Positions 24,701 through 44,475 of a stretch of DNA of 64,000 nucleotides are shown here, piece after piece. The notes under the pieces are model-generated. The model was not told the DNA's origin. It made no database searches and worked only from the letters and a program-made list of their open reading frames with translations. A program made the translations under genes and the position numbers. Source of the stretch: Diadema antillarum (taxonomy: Eukaryota); NCBI RefSeq assembly GCF_040938485.1, contig NW_027271657.1, forward strand, positions 496,001 to 560,000, written 5' to 3'. Each line of letters opens with the position of its first letter. Position 1 is the stretch's first letter.

Positions 24701-25854
24701 TTTTTATGCCTCCGCCACGAAGTGTCGCCGGAGGCATTATGTTTTCGGGTTGTCCGTCCTTCCGTCCGTCCGTCCGTCCGTCCGTAATCAATCTTGTGGG
24801 CAGGGTAACTAAAAAACCGTTTGAGGTATCCTAATGAAACATGGCATGTATGTGTATGAGTAGGAAAAGTTGTGCCTATCAACTTAAAGGTGCACATGAT
24901 CAAGATCAAAGGTCGACGGGTCAAGGTCAATTGCTCAAAATTTCACTATTTCCCCCATATCTATGTAATGCCGGAGGTATTTTCTTGAAACTTAGTGTAT
25001 ACATGTATTACCCAATAATTCTCTAGAGAGAGTTTCGAGCTATGAGGTCAAAGGTCAGAGGTCAAAGGTCAAGTGAATATGTTAAAATTTCACTTTTTTC
25101 TCCATATATATTGGAAGTGGTTCACGGTGTCTTCATGGAACTTGGTACATAATTATACATGTACTGACTGGCACAGATTATCTTGGGAATTTTGGGGTCA
25201 CCGGGTGAAGGGTCAAAGGTTAAGGTCAACTCCTCAAAATTTCACTATTTCCCTCATATCCATGCAATGCCTGCAAGTTTTTTCTGAAACTTAGTGTATA
25301 CACATATTACCCAATAGAGATTTGCTTGGAAAGGTTTTCGCCAAAAGGTTAAAGGTCAAGTGAACATGCTAAATTTCATTTTCTTCCTCCATATCTCGAA
25401 AATCGCTCAAGGTATCATTATCATTATGAAGCTTTGTACATATGTATGCATGTACTGCCTGACAGTGATTCTCATGGGAATTTAGGGTTATAAGGGTGAA
25501 AAGTCAAGGGTCAAATGCAATGTTAAAATGCTAAAATTTTACTATGTAATACTGAAATTACACTTTTTCTCCATACCTTGGAAATAAATCAATTCATAAA
25601 GGATCAAAAGTCAAGTAAAATTCTTCAAAACCCCAATACCTGCTCTTTTTGATAGACAATAGCCAGTCATCAAATTAAACCTGGTTCAAGGAAAGTGAAC
25701 AATCAACACATTTGGGACAAACATGTCATTTTAATATTTTCCCAGTTATGTCAAACTGCCATCACGCATTGTCAAGTCATTCTATACGTAGACCTAGTGG
25801 AGAACCATGCATTATGGCGGAGGCATTCCAGTCGCCACAGCGACATTTCTAGTT
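24701..25854 (+). mobile_element. Helentron-associated non-autonomous element (HINE / DINE-1 / Pearl / Tsp type)
   Basis: 5' subTIR ATGCCTCCGCCA with nearby partner CCGGAGGCAT, (CCGT)n microsatellite ~24755-24784, ~150-bp core repeats, 3' subTIR TGGCGGAGGCAT (25815-25826), stem-loop GTCGCCACAGCGAC, T-rich ends. Sits in the inferred FUT-C intron 1. Confidence 0.9.
25045..25071 (+). promoter_or_regulatory. Four AGGTCA half-sites in DR1 spacing
   Basis: AGGTCA-A-AGGTCA-G-AGGTCA-A-AGGTCA read directly. Nuclear-receptor binding is inferred only. Confidence 0.45.
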
Positions 25855-26489
25855 GTGTTTCTATTTTACGACTTCTGATTCAATAAGGATGCGTGGCACG
25901 GCTAATGTGGAGACAAAGCATGAAAGAACTGTACATAGAGTGGTTACATGATATCACTGCTTATGGTGAAAGTGCATTATTTAGGTGATGGGGGAAAGGG
26001 TTGACTACGTGACAAAATGATGCTTGTCGGAGAAAAATCTAAGGACGTGAATTAGTAAATGGGGTAGAGAATGGACTGTCAGTAGACCACGAGAAATGTT
26101 AAGAATGATGGCCACAAGACAGTGCAAGAAGTAGAGGTATTAATAGGTTATTGGCCGGGCATAAACTTTCAATCTGGGCATAGATTCCCTGCAATTATAA
26201 TCACACGTGGTGTTCTGAAAACACAAGAAATTCCTTTGATTGATTTCCAGAAACTTTACTATAATCCATTGCGTGGAGTGCATCGATTTCATATTATTAA
26301 AAGTTCCGTCGAGAAAGATTTCGCCTCCAGTCTACCTGACAGACTAAGTAGGACCTACAGGACTGTTTTGAGCTTACATTTCGCTGTACTCATTACCTGA
26401 ACGATAGATTACTATTCGATTGTATCACTTGTTATCCTGAACAGTTCTTAGCAATATGATAGACGCACTTTTCTGTTTCCTGCACACAG

Positions 26490-27749
26490 GCATGGGTGTC
26501 CAGGTCATGTCTTTATCCCTACGCCTTCTTCTTGGGAATCGTCACCGTCGTAGCCGTCTTCCAAGTCATCAACCTCATCGATCCACCCTACGTCATCAAG
26601 TTCCAAGGAGCCCTGGAAGACAGAGTGGCCTTGTCAGCTCCGGACGGATCACTTCCGGAGTGCGTCTATGACGTCCTCATCTTCGCTAAACCAATTTTGC
26701 TGAGTCGACAGTCTGAGTTTCTTAGTCTGACGTCACAATTGAAGAAAGTTGCTGGTCATAGACGTGATATCAAGGTTGAATGTGATGCGGAGCCAAAGCA
26801 AGTACAATGCTCTCTCCAAGTTAGTGTATCTGCCAATGAGACTGACCTCAAACACAGGGATGTAGTTATCTTTGGTCTGTCTCCTTCATCGTTGAGAGGA
26901 AGGATAGACGGTCTGAAATCAGATTCCCTACATAAACCCAACCAGCTCTGGGTTTTCATGTCGATGTTAGCACCACTTAAAGCCATAAAACTAAATCCCA
27001 AGCTTGGAAGCTTTCCCGTTCATCTCTCTTGGACATATATGTCTGCATCTGAGCTGACGACACCGTTTGGGTATTACATTCCAGATGAACCAATGGACAC
27101 CAATGTGGTCATTCCAAATCATTCAGGAAAACGTAAAATAATGGCGTGGATGGGTAATAACTGTGGGACGGACACATATTGGCCTCGAGACGCATACTTG
27201 AACGAGCTCTCCAAACACATTCATATCGACCGATACGGCCCTTGTACCAATCTCACTTGTCTTCCCATGGATTCAGAACAATGTGGAATGCTAATGGGTC
27301 AGTACAAGTTTTTCATTGCCTTTGAAGACGCAGAATGCCAAGAGTACATCACGAACCAGTTCTGGCAAACTGCCCTCCTTCATTACACCATTCCTGTAGT
27401 ATACGGCGCCAGAAAAGTCAGCTTCCTCAAATTCGCTCCACCAGGCTCCTACATACATGCTGCTGACTTTGCTTCACCCAAAGCGCTCGCCGATTACCTT
27501 AAGGTAGTTGCCAAGAATGACGGATTGTACCTCAAGTACTTTAAGTGGAGGAGCTTGGGATCAATCAAGAAGGCATATCCCCCCTTTCGAAGGGAGTCAC
27601 TGTGCAGATTATTGCCTCACATCCGGGACGTTAAGGTTGGGAGGTTACAGAGAAAACCCTTGTCTGAAACCAAGTGGTATCAGAGTTGCCGCAAAGGACA
27701 AAATACTTCTCAAATATCATCATTGAAAACATGGGTCCCATGGAGATGA
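26490..27749 (+). CDS. FUT-C main exon: GT10 fucosyltransferase-like protein, intact ORF but catalytic motifs degenerate
   Basis: Acceptor TTTCCTGCACACAG|GCATGG. TM (AFFLGIVTVVAVFQVI), DVVIFGLSP, AWMGNNC, WPR, IDRYGPC, YKFFIAFEDAECQEYITNQFW, PVVYGA, YIHAADF, terminal WVPWR-TGA. 433 aa with the upstream exon. Confidence 0.92.
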   Translation, partial: AWVSRSCLYPYAFFLGIVTVVAVFQVINLIDPPYVIKFQGALEDRVALSAPDGSLPECVYDVLIFAKPILLSRQSEFLSLTSQLKKVAGHRRDIKVECDAEPKQVQCSLQVSVSANETDLKHRDVVIFGLSPSSLRGRIDGLKSDSLHKPNQLWVFMSMLAPLKAIKLNPKLGSFPVHLSWTYMSASELTTPFGYYIPDEPMDTNVVIPNHSGKRKIMAWMGNNCGTDTYWPRDAYLNELSKHIHIDRYGPCTNLTCLPMDSEQCGMLMGQYKFFIAFEDAECQEYITNQFWQTALLHYTIPVVYGARKVSFLKFAPPGSYIHAADFASPKALADYLKVVAKNDGLYLKYFKWRSLGSIKKAYPPFRRESLCRLLPHIRDVKVGRLQRKPLSETKWYQSCRKGQNTSQISSLKTWVPWR

Positions 27750-27802
27750 TTAAAAACCAGAAAACAATTTGGCTGCACATTTTACGGCCACTTAATATCG
27801 TC

Positions 27803-27808
27803 AATAAA
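27803..27808 (+). terminator. Candidate poly(A) signal of FUT-C
   Basis: AATAAA ~54 nt after the stop. Usage unproven. Confidence 0.35.
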
Positions 27809-29699
27809 ACACTTCAGAAGCAGTAACACGGTGATGAGAAAAAAAACCCACATTCTGACCAAAGTTCAGAGATAGAGCAGATTAGTGCTCCTCTCTTTAT
27901 GTTGCTCATTGCTAATTCAGGAAATCATCAAAATATAATCCTCATTTTCTCGTCCTGGAAGCTACAATCCATATTCTACGAAAAATGCTTGTTATCAATG
28001 CTGAGGCTTAATCATAATCATTGTTGTTATCGCTGTCATTACCGTTATTGTTATGATTCCACCGCTGTCATTACTACATTGGAGGTGCGTTGGATCGATT
28101 GTTTTTATGTAAGATACAATGCAATCTGTATTGTAACGTGTGTCAAGAGCAAAATGTAACTGCCATGTCGAGGCATACGATATTATGCTCCTGGGTTTTT
28201 GAGAAATGGCTACCAGGTGCACTGGTCATAGTTATCTCCTGTTTAATCCGCTGCCTCTGAGCTCTCTGCTATAGACCCACATTGTGACATACAGTGTAGT
28301 GTGTTACTTGCAGGGCCGGCGGAATCGGGGGGGGGGGGGGGGGCGTAAGTGGCACTAGAAAGAAATACATGTAGATAGAATTATACCTTTGAAGTGAAGG
28401 CTTTGTTTTTACGCTGAATTCCTTTTTTTGTGTGACTGACACTATTGAAATGAGTATCTTGAGTGAAGTCTATATTATATAGTTGTTATCAAAGACAATG
28501 TATAGTAATAATATGATCTTTTTTTTTTCTTTATAGTGTATACAGGTATAGCTGTTGCCACTCATTGCTCATGGATATTCTATCTGACATTAATGCACCC
28601 TTCAATAATTTGTCATGCTTGTGTATAATTAAAGCAGGGTCTACCCATGATTCTCTGTTTAACTTGTTTCATCCTGGAGAATTTTGGATGATAATACAAA
28701 TAAAATTTGCAATTTACATTCTGAGATGAAAATGTGTAGCTTGTAACTGTCGGTATAGAGGGAACTCATGGAATGTTTTATTCTGTGCACACATTTGAAA
28801 TAAGTATGCTAGCATTAGATAGTATTCTAGCATTAAATGAGTATTTCAGATCCAGAGGTTAGAACATAATATTACACGTCCTACGATAATCATTCTGTTG
28901 CATCATGAGGATAAGTCAAAGTACTTTTAAGAGCAGATACAATTAACTTGTCAAGAAACCGCTAAGCTTTAATTCAAGATTGCCTTCAGTTTGGCACTTC
29001 GAAGACCTGGGCTCACTGTAATTACGTGGATGGGCAATAATCACAGTCATTCCCGCATGTGTTGGAAATGATCTGTCATTAACTAATTTTCGTTCGTTTA
29101 GCATTGCATCATAGAACACATAACTCCGTTTTGTCGATTGCTTTCATTAATGATTGTTCTCTCGTTTGGTATCGTTTGTCATATCATTGTTTACACAAAG
29201 TTTTATTCCACTGTGGCTCTACGTATCATGTCAAATCTAAATTCGAGATACCGACATGACCGAAGAGATTTTGACAAAATATCGACATGACCCTGGGCTC
29301 TGATGCATCTGTATTAAATGTTTTACACTTGCTTGATATGGAAATGTCTTTCTTTTTGATTACCGATGTTCCTTCATGTTAGCGTACCATGAGCTTGGTA
29401 GTAAACAGTTCATTTTGATATTATTCCCATCGTCATGGCTGCAAAATCTACAACATCAGTGTCCATATCATTATCATCTTTTGTTTGTTTATACTGTGTT
29501 TTCATGGACGATATAGAAACTGGTCACCTTCAAACATTTATAATAAGCGTGACGCAGTAGAGGTACCATACGATTTTATTTCTGCTCCATAGTCACCCGT
29601 ATACTATTGATTATGAGCTGGAAAAGCGCAAACAGCAGTGAAGCCTTGCTCAAAATGATATTTTATATTAGTATTGCAATAATACATGTATAATATACA

Positions 29700-30086
29700 G
29701 GGGTCATCCCACTAGACCGACACCCACGAGTCATACAGCCCACGAGTTCGACATTGAAAACAGGTCCATGAGTCATACAGCTCACGAGTCATACAGCCCA
29801 TGAGTTCGACACTAGGCAAATAAAGCCCATGAGTTTGACACTAGGTAAAAACAGCCCACGAGTTCGACACTAGGTAAAAACAGCCCACGAGTTCGACAGA
29901 TACAACACGGCGCTTAATGTGTCGGTCTCGTGGGCCTTGTTAATTGGCTTAGTGTCGAACTCATGGGCTGTATGACTCGTGAGCTGTATAACTTATGGGC
30001 TATATGACTTGTGAGCTGTATGACTCGTGGGCTGTATGACTTGTGAGCTGTATGACTCGTGGGTGTCGGTCTCGTGACGTGAACCC
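29700..30086. mobile_element. Foldback element family F, copy 2 (best preserved)
   Basis: GGGGTCATCCCACTAGACCGACACCCACGAG ... CTCGTGGGTGTCGGTCTCGTGACGTGAACCC, with 14-bp and ~29-bp subrepeats in both arms. Confidence 0.85.
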
Positions 30087-32343
30087 TAGTGCTTGCTTAC
30101 ACTTTTACGCACAGAACGCGATCAATTTGCGCAAACCGAGTGCAATGAGGATAAAATGGACAATCAGGTTTAGTGGCAATGTGAATAAACAGATTGAATA
30201 AAGATACTTCATGGTGGTCTGCCGCTTCCTCTCCTTTCTCTTTCTCCTCCCTCCGACTGGTTCCCACTTTTTTGAGCAAACAACTTTTAGAGACAGTTGT
30301 AAACTTTCGTTGGGGCCCATGGTGTACATGTTTGTATGTGATGCATGAATGGAATGGGTGTATGCGCGTTTGATAATTTCAGTTTTCATGCGTTTGTTCG
30401 TTATTATTATTATTATCATTATCATATTTTTATACATATTTTTTTTTGTGAGTGGGGGTTCGGTTGAAATCCGATTGGTTAAGCGTGACTATTATAAAAG
30501 TCGTGACTATATAGCAGATTTCATATTAATTGATGCATTTTTATAGTATCGACCTTTTAAAACTATAGTTGGCGAGCCATGCAATGTTTCACATGGGTAT
30601 TACGTCACAGCTCATGGATCCCGCGTGAGGAGGAGGGGCGTGATTTTAAAGTGCGAGCTCTCTTGGAAGATGCAGATTCTGTGATTAAAAGGAAAAACAA
30701 AATCAGGAGAGTAATGGTGAAATAAACTAAAGCAGAGCTAATGTGGAAACTTGAATACACTAATGTTATTATAGCTTACACTCCACACACTAGTTTATAG
30801 CCAAGAAGTCAATAGACAACGAATTTAATTGCCACCTGATAGCAGATACGTATTACGTGCCGCACATCAAGGGTACAAGCTTGATTTACTTACTGACGTT
30901 TTATGACCATCACCTTCACAAAAATGTGTCGGATTCTTATGAGCGGTTGTCTATACTATACTTCCCGATATTCTACTTTTATCAGCAATAGAAGAAAACA
31001 ATTTTCTTGAGATTGTATTTTTGGTTTGGAAGGATGAAACTATTTGAAATAATGTAAACGGACATTTCACAGTATAATATGTGACTGTATTATTATCACA
31101 TCAGTCAATAAACCGCTCGGGTAAACAATGCTTCCAAATTTAGGACTCTGCCTCAATGTACCTATAACGAACTCATGTTATTATTCTAATCGTTAACAGT
31201 AAGTGTTTGTTTTTCGATTGATCACTATATTTGAGTCTGAGTGTTTCTATAAATACATCTTTGCGATTAACCATTATCATCTATCAGACCAGATCGAAAC
31301 TTGAAAAAGAAAACTATTTGTGTGTGTATGTGTGTGTGTGTGGGGGGGGGGGGGGGAGGGGATGAAAATGTGTCAAATCGCTTAATGAATGGTGATCAAT
31401 ATGCATTATGTCAACGTCTGTAGAGAGACTACCTATACGAGGAGAAATCGCAATGTTAGTGTACTACATCACGTATATAGTTTTAAAGTGCTACGCGTCT
31501 TAATGGATGAAAATGAATTCGACAAATCGAAATATAACGCTGTTTAGGCCTAATTGATGTCGACTTTCACAACCAGTTTTACTAGTAGGCCTATATAGGC
31601 CTAGGCCCTACATACCACGGGGGGAGGGGGGAGGGGGGGGGGGGGGCTCACACAAATTGTACATCATTCTCACCAACCTAGGGATGCATACTAGACAGTA
31701 TAGGATCCGTAAGAACCGTCCAATCCCCAAGATTATCTTCCAAAGGAAGGAAGACGGTGTAAGATGGCGAGAGTGAGTAATCTGGATATTTTTGTTTTTC
31801 TTTAAGTTTTACTATAACATTACAGGACCGTCACCGTTAAGCCGATACAGATTCTATGTACATATCGTTAACCTCCCTCCCCCCCCCCCCCCTTTGATGT
31901 TTTTTTGGGAAAAAAGACAGTCATTAGGGGATGGCCGGGGCATCATATTATACAGGGTGCCTATACAGATCATGTCAGAGACAGGTCGAGTTACTCATTG
32001 ATGTATCAAGTGGAGAAATTTAGGTCGCATGGAGTCACCCGCAGATAAGGGTAGATTCTGTACAATCCTCCCGACAAAAGTCGCACTAATAGGTGCCAGC
32101 CGCGTAGAATCAGGTCAAGGTACCACCTCCATTACGATACGAGCGAGGGAGGTACAGGTGATGCAGTGTCTAGGTCAGTCAGTCTCGCCGATCAGCTCAC
32201 ACCAAGCACACAAGGTACATAGTGCTAGCTCAGGATAACTCCATCGGGTCGGATCGGGATCGCGGGCGCTCGTCGCTAGCTAGCTGCAGGTACAGGTAGC
32301 TCTTCACGGTGGGGTACGGTCAACCGTATACATTACAGACAAG

Positions 32344-42062
<9,719 letters not shown>

Positions 42063-43487
42063 TGTCATCAATGGAAGAGTAAAGAATAAATGCTGCAGAG
42101 ACTGAGGTGAAGGGAAGATATTCAGTGATTATTTGATCTATCCAGACATGATGGTGGATTTAGTGTATTAAATGGAGTCCTGTAAAATATCTCTGCTACC
42201 CAGCCCACTTACAGAGGCATTAAAGGAATAAATTACTTACAGTCTAGAATAGAGTTAGACATGCAAATCCAGTCGTCTATATGTGAATCATCTAACCACA
42301 CAGTATTTCTAGATTGATATATGCTGCTGTTGCATTTGAACATTTATCTGTGTTCAATAATGTGCGAAGGAAGTGAACTACAATGGAACCTGAAAATGCT
42401 GCATCATTTATTCTATCTCTCTGTGATCTGTGTGATTGTTGCTAAACTTAGTAACTGTGGTTACAATTAGTGATGCCTAATATAAACTTACTAAGCTGCA
42501 TTAAATATGCACCTTATCTCGCACACATATATGACCTGTTTACATAAGCCTCACACAGTGCCTAGCACTGACATTGTGTGTACGTAGGGGGTTCATAGGT
42601 TCTGATATAATTGTTTGCTATACAGAGATATGATTTGACCTGTAGAAACTGTACTATAAATTATTTCCTTGACTTCAGATTCTCTGCGAACACCTATATG
42701 TTGTGTGGATCACAGCATCAGATTTAGGAATGCATGCAAGCTGTATTCTTGGATTAGCGAGTGGGATTAATTTTAGCTGTATTGGAATACATGCAGCCTG
42801 TATTCTGAGATTAGTGATTGAGACCTATTTTTGAAGTTTATTAGAGTCTCTACATGTACACTTGTATGTAAGATTCTGCTGATTCATGTATTTGCATTAC
42901 TCTGTAAAATAGCTCTGACATTTGCATACAGTGTATGCAGGTTTGTGTGAATATGATATGTGTATGGCTTTGTTTATGCTGGTATTGATATATTTTCATA
43001 CTGATCTAAGTACACATGTTGAGAATGTGATAGGATATTAATTACATTGCAGTCAAAATTAAATAGATATATGGAGACTGAGAAGATTTCATATGAATGT
43101 ATTTTTTTGTGCATGACACTGAGTAATGGCTGCCTTACAGGAAGCAACTCTCAAGACAAGTTGAAAAAAAAAATTGAGTGTAACATGATGCCTCTGCAGT
43201 AATACACAGTCTCTTTCTATTAGCTCAGTTGAAAGGAAGCCTAAAGCATGTCCTGCACTTACTCATGTAAAGTATGTTTATGTGAAATGTTACGCTCTCA
43301 ATCAGCCAAAATTAAAAATCATGAATTGAAGTCTACAATATTAATCTGAAGTGTGTCAAAAATGGCAACTCAGATGGAAGTTTAGGAGCTGTACTGGTAT
43401 ACCCCATTCTCACTCTAACAATAGGAACCCATTTCACATTTTCTACCTCAGAGTCACCAAGTGAGCCTGTTACTATGGCAGTATCTA

Positions 43488-43675
43488 CAGTGGACTCCCG
43501 TCATAATGAAGTCCTCGTGATGACCAACAGTTTTCTTTCGTTATATCGAAATTTCGTTATAACCGAACAAATAAGCAATAAAATACATAGAGCGGATACT
43601 GATGTAGCCTGAAATTTTACTTCATCATAACCATAATTTTGTTATAACCGTGTTCGTTATAATAGGAGTGCACTG
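43488..43675. mobile_element. pogo/Tigger-type MITE with TA TSD
   Basis: TA|CAGTGGACTCCCGTCATAA ... TTATAATAGGAGTGCACTG|TA. Confidence 0.8.
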
Positions 43676-44013
43676 TATTGACGTCCTTGTTTAGGACCAA
43701 ATGCTAGACATGTATATTTATTGATACTGCCAGCAATCTTAATGACAGGGTAGTATGGGAACAAGAGGTTGGCCAAATTGAATTGATCTTCATCACACTG
43801 CTCACCGGGATACATAAGAATACCATATACTAGAATAGAATTGCACGTCCGTGTACAAGTGCATGGTAGTATATGCTCATCAGTACAGTCAACTCCAGGC
43901 AAGATTCTTTGGTTGCATGTCTGCTATGCACAATTTGTTACAGAGATTCCAAAATACATTTGATTCTGGCCAGCCTTTTTATTATACAGTCTCCCAATGC
44001 TCCAAGGTGTTTA

Positions 44014-44475
44014 TACTGGATGTCCCCCCAAAAAAATTACAACCGGATTTTTGCATTGATAACTTCCGACATTTAACTATCTGCATACTGTTCAGGGTCT
44101 TGAAATATAACATCATAGCTATATTTTGCAAGAAACCCCATTCAATTTTATTAAATGGTCACAGAGAAATGTCGATCATTTTAAAGCAGGTCATGGGTCT
44201 GATTTTTCCAAGTTTAGCACTTGGATTTTCTTGTAACTGCATACCAATGTGTGAACACAATGGACAGAACTTAGAGGGAAGGGAGTCCTAACATGCTCTA
44301 CAAAAGTCCTAATTTCTCTGTGACCACTGAAGCAAATCGAATGGGTTTTTTTTTTGTAAAATGTGGGTAATAAGTTATAGTTTCACACCCTGAAAGTATA
44401 TTTGGATTAATTCGCTATTATTAAAGTTATTGGTGCGGAGGGTCCCGCTGTAATTTTTTTCTGGGACATATGGTA
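44014..44475. mobile_element. Tc1/mariner-type MITE
   Basis: TACTGGATGTCCCCCCAAAAAAATTACA / TGTAATTTTTTTTCTGGGACATATGGTA. Internal IR GGTCACAGAGAAAT / ATTTCTCTGTGACC. Confidence 0.55.

Noticed and set aside
26106-26140. ATGATGGCCACAAGACAGTGCAAGAAG (MMATRQCKK) as the FUT-C start exon
   Set aside because: Followed by an in-frame TAG. It needs a weak GTAGAG donor and a second acceptor, and the 24618-24659 exon fits better. Not fully excluded.
26492-26671. ATG at 26492 as the FUT-C start
   Set aside because: Out of frame with the GT10 ORF and ends at 26671.
14955-26886. Exact 16-nt identity TTTGGTCTGTCTCCTT between FUT-B (14955-14970, minus) and FUT-C (26871-26886)
   Set aside because: It encodes the conserved FGLSP motif. 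It is too short to distinguish gene conversion or a shared RNA site from codon coincidence.
29700-30086. Short regularly spaced repeats resembling a CRISPR array
   Set aside because: The spacers are themselves repeated, the array is mirrored in inverted orientation, there are no cas genes and the context is eukaryotic. It is a foldback transposon.
43851-44291. 146-aa ORF on the plus strand
   Set aside because: Overlaps a mariner-type MITE, has no recognisable domain and no splice support.
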